Source of the DNA: Leucoraja erinacea
Taxonomy: Eukaryota
DNA: 64,000 bases
Direction: 5' to 3'
Assembly: GCF_028641065.1 (NCBI RefSeq)
Contig: NC_073387.1
Location: 24,366,001-24,430,000 of the forward strand
Shown here: positions 26,908 to 38,000 of the stretch, piece after piece
Numbering within the stretch: the stretch's first letter is position 1
Layout: each line of letters starts with the position of its first letter
The notes under the pieces: generated by a model
The model's database searches: none
What the model was told of the DNA's origin: nothing
What the model saw: only the letters and a program-made list of their open reading frames with translations
Made by a program: the position numbers and the translations under genes

Positions 26908-27127
26908 CTGCCAGCAATGCGTCCTTGCGTCACACCTCGCTGCCAGCACTACGTCCTTGCGTCACACCACACTGCCAGCACTACGTCCTTGCGTCACACC
27001 ACACTGCCAGCACTACGTCCTTGCGTCACACCACACTGCCAGCACTACGTCCTTGCGTCACACCACACTGCCAGCACTACGTCCTTGCGTCACACCACAC
27101 TGTCCATCCAGCAGCCACCTGACGTCA
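26908..27127. promoter_or_regulatory. HDAC3 proximal promoter: 32-bp repeat x6 carrying TTGCGTCA, plus full CRE TGACGTCA
   Basis: Unit ctgccagcactacgtccttgcgtcacaccaca at 26908 (variant), 26940, 26972, 27004, 27036, 27068. CRE at 27120-27127. Lies 47-266 nt upstream of the ATG. Confidence 0.75.
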
Positions 27128-27683
27128 TCACGCCCTGCGTAGGAGGGGCAATACAGGAATAGGCCCTTCGGCCCACAGTGAATGTGTTGACCACAGAATA
27201 TAGAACCGTATAGTGCAAGGAGGAACTGCAGATGCTGATAGATACAAAGTGCTGGAGTAACTTAGCGGGTCAAGCAGCATCATTGAAGAACATGTTTCTG
27301 GTCGGGACTCTTCTTCAGACGATCACCCGTTCACACTAGTTCCATGTTACCCCATATTCCCATCCACTGGCGGCAATTTACAGAGGACCAATTAACACAC
27401 ACGCCTTTGGGGTGTGGGAGGAACCCGGACCACACGGGGAAAACCCACGTGGTCACAGGGAGAACATGGAAACTCCACACAGACTGCACCCGAGGTAAGG
27501 ATCGAACCCGGGTTTGGCGCTGTGTGCCAGTGGCTCTCCTCACTGTGCCACTCGGCTGCCCGGGATGAGACAGAAGGAAGACGTTGTTTTGGGACTGAGA
27601 TACAAAACCTGTGGTTGTCGAGAATGTGAAGTGAAAGAGATGTGTGGAAATACCCAACGGTGCCTGTGGTGAGATGACAGGCT

Positions 27684-27712
27684 CAAAGATTATAGCTCCT
27701 CTATAATCTTTG
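27684..27712. repeat. Perfect 12-bp inverted repeat (minimal MITE or footprint)
   Basis: caaagattatag-ctcct-ctataatctttg. Confidence 0.7.
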
Positions 27713-27972
27713 GTGTCGCCAGCGCGGGGAGAGAGTTCAGAAACACCGATGTAGAGGTTGTTGTTTGTCACTGTGACATTGACCAGCTTCTCCTTCAGAT
27801 CCACTCGCTTCCCAGGTCAAAGCAGTGTCTACAGGGAGCCCGCAGGAGGCCAGGACAGGACATGCCTGCCTCTGTGGGATACGTGGAGCGCTTCTTGTTT
27901 CACTCCCGCTCATTGAGTGTTCCAGTTTTTTTTTTATTGCTGTTTTTTCCCTTTTTCCTTCCGCCCACAATA

Positions 27973-28628
27973 TGAAAAAGCTACTTATCTTAACTACTAA
28001 ACCAGGTTCGCTTCTTAATAAACAGACACCACACAAACTGTTTGGTAGACCAGTTCAAAATTTTACTTAACATCGGCCGATGGAAGGGAGGGAGAACTCC
28101 AGTCACAGACACTTGACTGTGCTCAGCCACCTTTCCTGAACAACAGAATTACATTGCCTTAAATAGGGTTTTTTTACCCCTTATCACATTCCACAGACAT
28201 TAGTCATGGTCAGAGGTACTGGAAAAGGTTTCCACAGAATGCATCACATCAAACCTTTTTTTTACATGGTACAAGATATACTAAAAACATTGTCCATTTG
28301 TTTTATCTCCAAATAGACCACCCTAGCTCTCTTCGCTGCTTCCTCTGTCATTTGGTCCCTCATAAACATAGGTCATTTGTTTACAAAGATGTGACTGTCT
28401 ATTTCTCGCTTCCTTTATTGCCTCCTCCCCCATAAACATTGGTCATTTGGTTTATGGCATCTTACTTTCAAAGATATCTCTCTAGCTCCTTCACTTGGGA
28501 GACAATGTTATCTCACACACCCCGCAACCTGAGGAAAGCCTAATTTGAGACTAAATATAAGCTGTAAGCTAGCCCAGAAGCCAATTTAATATCTTCTTAT
28601 ATTTTTAACTAAAATTCTGGCTTCATCA
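27973..28628 (-). mobile_element. Solo LTR, 656 bp (ERV or Gypsy type)
   Basis: TG...CA termini (tgaaaaagc / gcttcatca, imperfect inverted repeat). 4-bp TSD AATA at 27969-27972 and 28629-28632. On the minus strand, TATTTAA at 28165-28159 precedes AGTAAA at 28067-28062. Confidence 0.75.
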
Positions 28629-30409
28629 AATATGTAAAAGAATATGTGATTATGTTCCATTCTGTTTGTAGTTTGTTTGGTTGTTTGTTTGTCTTTTTGC
28701 ACAAAGTCTGCGAGCATTGCCACTTTTCATTTACAATACAATACAATAACATTTATTGTCATTTGAGGCTCAAACGAAATTCCGTTTCCACAGCCATACA
28801 AAGACAATTTCCTACAGACATACACACAATTTAATTCACACAAACATCCATCACAGTGAACCCACTGTGATGGAAGGCGAAGTCTTTTCTCTCCCCTGTT
28901 CTCCATTTCTCTCCCGATATCCAAGCCCCAGGCAGGCGATGCCAAGTCCCACAGCCATTTTAGGCCGTGCCGGGCGATTTACGGCCCCACTCACGGTCTA
29001 AAAGTCACAACGTTGGAGCCCCTGGCCATGGAATGCCCACGGCCATGAAGCCGTGCCGGGCGATGTACGTCCCCGCTCCGGGTCGTTCCAACCCCGCGAC
29101 ACGGGCTGGAGAAGTCGCGTTGCGGGAGCTCCGGGAGTGCACATCTCGTATGTGTATGTGACAAATAAACTTGACTTGACTTGACAGAGAGGAAACGGTT
29201 GCCTATCTCTTCCCAGAGTGCGCATTTGCAAAGAGGGTCTGGTGAATGACCAGAGGGTCAGTTCATCCTGGTTTTCGTTTTAGAGATACAGTGTGGAACT
29301 AGGCTGAGTCCAGACCCGTGATCACCCCATACACTAGCTCTATCCTACACACTAGGGACAATTTACGTTTTACAGTAACGAATTAATCTACAAACTTGTA
29401 CGTCTTTGAAATGTGGGAGGAAACTGGAGCACCCAGAGAGAACCCAGGCGGTCACAGGGAGAACGTACAATCTCCGTACAGACGGCACTCGTTGTCAGGA
29501 TCTAACCCGAACTCTGTCGATGTGAGGCAGCGGATCTACCACTGTGCCACTGACGAGAATCCCGGGGATGGTTGGGTTAAGGAGCATACGACGCCTCTGG
29601 GCCTGTACTTGCTGGAGTTTAGAAGGATGAGGGAGGACCTCATTGATACTTACCAAATAGTGAAAGGCCTCGATTGAGTGGATGTGGAGAGAATGTTTCT
29701 GGGAGACGCTAGGACCAGAGAACACAGCCTCGGAATAAAAGGACTTACTGTACCTTTAGAAAAGAGATGATTAAGAATTTCTTTAGCCAGAGGGTGTTGA
29801 ATCTGTGGGATTCATTACCACAGATAGTGGTGTCATAGAGTCATGTGTCACAGAAACAGGCTCTTCTGCTCAACTTGTAGGAAGGAACTGCAGATGTTGG
29901 TTTACACCAAAGATAGACACAAAATGCTGGAGTAACTCAGCGTGACAGGTAGCATCTCTGGTCTGGACTGGAAACGTCAACTATTCATATCCAGAAATGC
30001 TGCCTATCCCGCTGAGTTGCTCCAGTATGTTGTGTTTCCCTTCAGCCGCCAGCCAAGATGCCCATCTACAGTAGTTCCACCTGCCCGCGTTTGGCCAATA
30101 TCCCTCTAACCCTTTCCTATGCATGTACCTGTCCAAATGTCTTTAAATATTGTTATAGTAACTGCCTCACCTACCTCCTCTGGCAGCTCGTTCCCCACAC
30201 CCACCCTTTGTGTGGAAAAGTTGCACTCGGGTTCCTATTAAATCTTAATGTGTAAGAAGGAACTGCAGATGCTGGTTTAAACCGAAGATAGACACAAAAA
30301 GCTGCAGTCACTCAGCAGGACAGGCAGCATCTTTGCCCTCTCACCTTAAACCTATGACCTCTGCTTCTTGACTCCCCTACCCTGAGAGTAAACGACTGTG
30401 TTTACCCTG

Positions 30410-31074
30410 AGAGGAGCGAGAGGGGTAGTGAGGAGAGGGAGCCGTTCTGCAGGGTACATCACTGCCTGTGTTGTTTTCCCCTCTCTGCCCCCGCTCGGCT
30501 GCAGCAGTTCAGATGCGACCACCCCTCACCTGCAGCCCACCTTCCGCAGCGCATTAAATGCAAGTGGGGGAGGAGGGGGCAGCAGCAGGTGCAGTCAGCT
30601 GCTGCAGCTTGTCCCGCTGCGATGATGCAGACAAGGTTTGCAGCGGTTGTGAAGGGGGAAGAGAGACAGAGAAGGTTAATGGAGCAGGAGGCGGGATGCT
30701 GAGGCTGGGTTTCAGCTGTCTGGGAGGAGAGGATTAACATCCCCTCTGTTCTCCAGGGAGGGGAAGAGGGGGAATCAGTGTTCTGACGTCAACACACAGA
30801 CACGGAGGATGCAGCGTGATGCTGACACTCAGACCTTCACACCAAGTCAAGGTTGGTGCTGTAAACAGATACCTCTGGCACGTCGGCTGCATTAGATTTG
30901 CGTCTGTGTTGCGGGGACAGTGAGATGTCCTTGACTGCTGCTGCTTCAGTGCATGGTCCCCGGCTGCAGTCTCCCCCCGCCGCTCGCCCCTACCCTCACA
31001 TGCGGCGGGACGCCCACTGCTGCCCGCTTGAACACACCGACACACAGAGCCGCGTTGTACAGGTGCTCCGTCAG
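30410..31074 (+). promoter_or_regulatory. Candidate RELL2 promoter and non-coding first exon
   Basis: Non-repetitive GC-rich island between repeats, CRE TGACGTCA at 30784-30791, donor CAG|gtgaga at 31075. The RELL2 ATG exon begins at an acceptor (34817), so an upstream exon is expected. Confidence 0.45.
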
Positions 31075-32575
31075 GTGAGAGTGCGGCGGGGAGGTGTGGG
31101 GTGGGGTGGGGGGAGGGTCGGGGGTTAGAGCTCTGTGCATGATACTCACCCGTGGAATACTGCTCCCAATATCGGGAGGGATTTCCCTGTTCGTTTAACC
31201 CCCGAGGTGTCGCACTTTGTGAGGTCGGATGTAAATGGAAAGTCTACAGTTAATTGAGTCATAGACTCATAGAAACATCCCTGTCCAACCCCTTGCTATT
31301 CACGTAATGGCATGACCATGAACAGTACCGATGTACAGAGTGATCTCGGGGCCCATGTCCACAGCCCCCCAAAAGTGGCAACGCAAGTAGATAGAGTGGT
31401 AAAGATGGAAGGAACTGCAGATGCTGGCTGACATCGAAGAAAGTCACAATATGCTGGAGTAACTCAGTAGGTCAGGCAGTATCTCTGGAGAGACCCTTCT
31501 TTGCCTATTCCTTTTCTCCAGAGATGCTGCCTGACCCACTGAGTTACTCCAGCATTTTGTGTCTATCTCAGGTGTACATTATGTTTGCCTTCATCGTTGG
31601 GGGCATTAAGAGTCAAGAAGTCATGTTGCCACTTTATTTTTTTTAAAAGGTTGCATTTGGAGTATTGTGTGCAATTCTGGTCGCCCCGTTGCAGGAAGGA
31701 TGTGGAGGCTTTGGAGAGGGTGAGGAGGGCTTTGCCAGATTGCTGCCTGATATCAACTACAGGGAGGGATTGGTCAAACTTGGATTATTTTCTCTGGGGC
31801 ATCAGAGACTGAGGAGAGACCTGATAGAAGTTTATAAAATGATGAGAGGCATAGATAGGATAGACAGCCAGAACCTTTTACCCAGGGTGGAAATGTCAAA
31901 GACTCGAGGGCGTGAGTTTAAAGGAGATGTGTGGGGTAAGTTGTTTGCACAGAGGGTGACAGCAAACATCTTCCAAAGTTAAGATCAAAAGCAGGTCTCA
32001 GGTGCCATTAGGCTGCAGCTCCACCCACTGCACAACTCTGTGTAACCCTGATATGGTTTTTAGCACATTGGCCTTCGTCAGTCGGAGAATTGAGTATAGA
32101 AGTTGGGAGATCATGTTGCAGTTATATAAGACATTGATGAGGCCACATTTAGAGTATTGTGTTCAGTTTTGGGCACTGTTATAGGAAAGATGTTGTCAAA
32201 CTGGCAAGGGTGCAGAGAGGTTTTATGAGGATGTTGTCAGCACTCGAGGGCCTGAGCTACAGGGAGAGGTTGGGCATGCTAGGACTTTATTCCTTGGAGC
32301 GCAGGAGGTTGAAGGGTGATCGGTCCGAGTCAGCATGGATTTACGAAGAGGAAATCATTCTTGACTAATCTTCTGGAGATTTTTGAGGATGTAACTAGGA
32401 AAATGGACAAGGGAGAGCCAGTGGATGTAGTGTACCTGGACTTTCAGAAAGCATTTGATGAGGTCCCACGTAGGAGATTAGTGGGCAAAATGAGGGCACA
32501 TGGTATTGGGGATAGAGTGCTGACATGGATAGAAAATTGGTAGGAACAAACAGGAAACAAAGAGTGGGTATTAAC

Positions 32576-32766
32576 AAACAGGTAGACAAAAATGCTGGTG
32601 AAAATCAGCGGGTGCGGCAGCATCTATGGAACGAAGGAAATAGGCAACGTTTCGGGCTGAAACTTTGCCTATTTCCTTCGCTCCATAGATGCTGCCGTAC
32701 CCGCTGAGTTTCTCCAGCATTTTTGTCTACCTTCGATTTCCCAGCATCTGCAGTTCCTTCTTGAAC
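32576..32766. mobile_element. Penelope-derived fold-back element with 6-bp direct repeat
   Basis: Arms about 32581-32648 and 32664-32731 are near-perfect reverse complements. ATTAAC at 32570-32575 and 32767-32772. Confidence 0.75.
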
Positions 32767-33360
32767 ATTAACGAATGGGTCCCTTTCAGAATGGCAGGCA
32801 GTGACTAGTGGGGTACCGCAAGGCTCGGTGCTGGGACTGCAGCTATTTACAATATACATCAATGATTTAGATGAAGGGATTCAAAGTAACATTAGCAAAT
32901 TTTCAGATGACACAAAGTTGGGTGGAGGAGTGAACTGTGAGGAGGATGCTATGAGAATGCAGGGTGACATGGACAGGTTGGGTGAGTGGGCAGATGCATG
33001 GCAGATGCAGTTTAATGTGGATAAATGTGAGGTTATCCACTTTGGTGGCAAAAACAGGAAGGCAGATTATTATCTAAATGGTGTCAAGTTGAGAAAAGGG
33101 GAAGTACAATGGGATCTGGAGGTCCTTGTTCATCAGTCAATGAAAGTAAGCGTGCTGGTATAGCAGGCAATGAAGAAAGCGAATGGCATGTTGGCCTTCA
33201 TAACAAGAAGAGTTGAGTATAGGAGCAAAGAGGTCCTCCTGTAGTTGTACAGGGCCCTAGTGAGACCACACCTATAGAGTATTGTGTGCAGTTTTAGTCT
33301 CCAAATTTGAGGAAGGACATTCTTGCTATTGAGGGAGTGCAGCGTAGGTTCACAAGGTTA

Positions 33361-33784
33361 AGGGCCTGTCCCACGAGCATGCGACCAAACCGGAAACCGG
33401 AAGCGGGGGCCGCGCGGAGGTCGAGTGATCCACGTACAGGGCCGGTCCCACCAGCATGCGCCTCCACAAGCGCGACCAAACCAGAGGCGGGGGCCGCGCG
33501 GAGGTCGAGTGAGTGACATGAAGTTCGAGTGAAGTGCGCGGGAAGTTCGGCGTCAAGACGTGCGTACGGCCTTGAGGCGGCTGTGGGCCGGCAGGCCGTT
33601 GCCGCGTGGAGTTTTTGAACACGGACAGTTTTTTGGAGCCCCTCGCGATGTCGGGACAAGCTCCACACAACTCCATACGGCTCCGGCGATCGAAGTGGGA
33701 CTGGCCCCGTGAGGCCGTACGGCTCAAGAGACCACATTAGGTCGCGCTTGCCGCATGGAGTTGCATACTCGTGGGACAGGCCCT
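33361..33784. mobile_element. PIF/Harbinger-type MITE inserted in CR1
   Basis: TIRs AGGGCCTGTCCCACGAG / CTCGTGGGACAGGCCCT. Inserted at the TTA of CR1 aaggTTAattccc (right copy reads TTT). Confidence 0.8.
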
Positions 33785-34830
33785 TTTATTCCCAGGATGG
33801 CGGGAATGAATATGCTGAGAGAATGGAACGGCTGGGCTTGTATACTCTGGAATTTAGAAGGATTAGAGGGAATCTTATTGAAACATATAAGATTATTAAG
33901 GGATTGGACACGCTAGAGGCAGGAAACATGTTCCCGATGTTGGGGGAGTCCAGAACCAGGGGCCACAGTTCAAGAGTAAGGGGCAAGCCATTTAGAATGG
34001 AGATGAGGAAGCACTTTTTCACACGGAGTTGTGAGTCGATGGAATTCTTTGCCTCAGTGGGCGGTGGAGGCCGGTTCTCTGGATACATTCAAGAGAGAGC
34101 TAGATAGGGCTCTTAAAGATAGTGGAGTCAGGGGATATGGGGAGAAAGCAGGAACGGGGCACTGATTGTGGATGATCAGCTGGCTCGAAGGGCCGAATGA
34201 CTTGCTGCTGCACCTATTGTCTATTGTCTATCTTATTGAGGTGTCCAAAATCATGAAAGATAGGGTGAATGCAGAGGATTTTCCCAGAATATGGGAATCA
34301 AGAACCAGAGGACATAGATTTAAGGTGAGAGGGGAAATATTTAATAGGAACCAAAGGGGCAATGTTTTCACACGGTGGGTATATGGAATGAGCTGCCAGA
34401 GGAGCTACTTGAAGCAGGTACTATAACAACATTTTAAAATACATTTGGTCAAGTACATGGATAGGAAAGGTTTAGAAGGATAGACACTAAGTACTGGAGT
34501 AATTCACCGTGTCAGGCAGCATCTCTGGAGAAAAAGGATAGGTGATGTTTTGGTTTGGAATGCTTCTTCAGACACTGAAGAACAGTCGTGAGACTGACTG
34601 AAGAAGGGTCCGAACCCGAAACGCCACCCATCATTTTTCTTCAGGGAAGGTTTAGAGGTAAATGGGCCAAACATGCGCAGGTGGGACTAGTGTAAATGGG
34701 GCTTGTTGGATGAGCTGGGCCAACGGGTCTGTTTGCGTGCCGTGTGAGTCTGTGACACAAGAGGTAATGGCCACACTACAAAGGACTGCACTGATCGAGG
34801 GATCTTTCTGCTTTCAGACGAGTGTGGAGG

Positions 34831-35020
34831 ATGGAGAATGAGGGAAGTGAAGAGGATACTCGTCCTCAGGGCCTCTACACCATCTTCGCTGCCATCCTTG
34901 TGTTCTTCCTGATGGGGCTGCTGGGCATCCTGCTGTGCCGCCTCCTGCAGGAGAAAGGCTACCGGTGCCGCACGTCCCGGCAGCTGGACACAGAGCGGGA
35001 GGCCGGGCCGGTGGACGAGG
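34831..35020 (+). CDS. RELL2: RELL2 coding exon 1 (transmembrane segment)
   Basis: Acceptor at 34817, ATG 34831 (aggATGG), donor G|gtcagt. Confidence 0.9.
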
Positions 35021-38000
35021 GTCAGTGTGCATTGTGACCAGGGCCACACCACACTGGTCCAGTCAAACCACTCCACTCCACACCACACTCCACCACACCC
35101 CACACCACACCCTACCCCACCCACATCCCACACCATAGCCCACACCACACCCCACACCACAGCCCACACCACACCCCACACCACACCCCACACCCCACAC
35201 CATACCCCACACCATACCCCACACCATACCCCACACCATACCCCACACCATACCCCCCCATACCCCACACCATACCCCACACCATACCCCACCACACCCC
35301 ACACCATACCCCACACCACACCCCACACCCCACACCCCACACCATACCCCACACCATACCCCACACCATACCCCACACCATACCCCACCCACACCATACC
35401 CCACACCATACCCCACACCATACCCCACACCCATACCCCACACCATACCCCACACCACCCCACACCATACCCCACACACCATACCCCACACATCCATACC
35501 ATACCCCACACCATACACCCACACACCATACCCCACCATACCCCCACCACCACCCCCACCACATACATACACCCACACCATACCCCACACCATACCCCAC
35601 ACACACCCCCACACCCCACCCCACCCCCACCCCACCCCACACCCCACACCCACACCCCACCCCCCACCCCACCCCACACCCCCACACCCACACCCCACAC
35701 CCACACCACACACCACCCCCACACCATGGCCCCACACCCAACCCCACACCACACCCCACACCATAACCCACACCCCACCCCACACCCCACCCCACACCCA
35801 CACCCCACCCCACACCCCACACACACCCACACCACACCATACCCCACACCATACCCCACACCATACCCCACACCCCACACCCCACCCCACACCCCACACC
35901 CCCCCCACACCACACACCATACCCCACACCATACCCCACACCATACCCCACACCATACCCCACACCATACCCACACACCATACACCACACACCCACAGAC
36001 ATGCACCCCACCCCACCCCCACACCCCACCCCACACCCCACACCCCCACACCCCACACCCACACCCCCCACCCACACCCCCCCACATGTCCCCACACCAT
36101 TCCCCCCACACCATACCCCACACCATACCCCACACCATACCCCACACCATAGTACCACACCATACCCCACACCATACCCCACACACCCATACCCCCACCA
36201 TACCCACCCACACCACCCACCCACCCCACACACCACACCACACCCCACACCACACCCCACACCACACCCCACACACCACACCCCACCCCACACTACACCA
36301 GACACCATACCCCACCACACACCACACCATACCCCACAATACACCACACCCCACACCATACCCCACAATACACCACATCACACCCTGCACCATAGCCCAC
36401 CCCACCCCACCCCACCCCACCACACGGGCGGGAGGTTGGGCCAGAGGCCAAGGGTCAGTGTCCACCCCCAACCTGAACGTCCACTGTAGTCAAGGCCACA
36501 CCACACGAGCCCGAGCAGACTTACACTTGGCCAACACATTCTCCCGATTGCCAAACATTTTAACTCCCCTTCCCATCCCCACAGTGGTGGCCTTGACAGG
36601 TCCAGCATGGAAACAGAGCCTTCGGCCCTCAATATACTAAAGTCACAGTCATACAGCATGGGAACAGACCATGCAGTCCAACTTGCCATCACCGACTCAA
36701 AAATGCGCCATCTACAATCTGACCGCGTTTGTCCCATATGTCTCTAAACCTTTCCTGTCCATTAACCTGTCCAAGTGTCCATTAAATGCTGTTTTAGTAC
36801 CTGCCTCAACTACCTCCTCTGGCAGCTTGATTCATATACCCTCCACCCTCTGCATGACAAATGTCGTCTTTCAAGTTTCTACTAAATCTTTCCCCTCTCA
36901 ACTTAAACCTACATCCTCTCGTTCTTGATTCCAAATACTCGTGGTAAAAGATTGTAGGCATTCAACTTATCGATCATGCTTCTCATGACTGTGCATTTAC
37001 CTTATCTATTCCCCTCGTGATTTTATACACCTCTATAAGATCTCCCCACATCCTCCTGCGCTCCTAGGAATAAAGTCCTAGCCTGCCTAGCCTCTCAGGG
37101 TCTCATCCTTGTAAATCTATTCACTCTTTCCAGCTTAACTACATCCATGTACCTGTCCTACAGCAGGACGACCAGAACTGAACACAATACTCCAGGTGCA
37201 GCCTCGCCAATGTCCTGTACAACTGTAGCCTATACTCAATACTTGTCCCTCTCCCTGTGCTTACCTTCCCCTGTAGATGTACACGATACAAACCAGGACA
37301 CGCTGGGGCAGATTGTGCAGTGTATCCTCAACAACAAAGGTGAGATCCTTCGGCGGGGCAAAGGTGGGTCTCTGACGTGCTGCTGTCTCTGCACCAACCC
37401 ATCAAACACACCATGGACAGAGCGGAACTGGCTTCACTTTACCGTTTAGTTTAGATGAGAGCTACAGTGCAAAAACAGGCCCTCTGCCCACCGAGCCCGC
37501 ACCGACCAGCGATCACCCTGTACGCTAATTCTACCCCATGTGCTAGGGACAATTTACAATTATACCAAGACAATTAACCAACAAATTGTACGTCTTTGGA
37601 GTGCGGGAGGAAACTGGAGCACCCGGTGAAAAATCCGTGCAAACAATACCCGTAGTCGGGATCGAACCTGGGTCTCTGGCGCTGTGAGGCAGCGGCTCTA
37701 CTGCTACACCCTATTCTTCTCTAAATCTTAAATTAAATCTTAGAGGGAAGAGTGTTTAATAATGTGTGGGAAGGAACTGCAGATGCTGGTTTATGTCGGA
37801 GATAGACACAAAAAGCGGGGAAAGACAGGGGGGTCAGGCAAAATCAGTCTGAAGAAAAGTCCTGACCTGAAACGTCACCTATTCCTTTTTTCCAGTGTCT
37901 AATTATCGTGTAATGAAAAGGGAACATTGAAATTCTTACTTGCTGCAGCTTAACAGGCCTGTAAACACAAGAACACAGATAAATATTTACAAATCAATAA

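Larger units (their letters stand above)
32320..34225 (+). mobile_element. CR1 LINE RT fragment, decayed, carrying two nested insertions
   Basis: SQHGFTK, VYLDFQKAFD, SGVPQGSVLG, SKFSDDTKLG, LEFRRIRGNLIE; tail ctattgtctattgtcta. Confidence 0.9.

Noticed and set aside
26908-27099. 32-bp direct repeats as a CRISPR array
   Set aside because: Units are contiguous with no spacers, there are no cas genes, and the context is a vertebrate promoter.
34687-36640. Long ORFs of 594, 537, 418 and 407 aa (His/Pro/Thr or Gly/Val/Trp rich)
   Set aside because: Products of a stop-free C/A minisatellite in a RELL2 intron; open in many frames on both strands.
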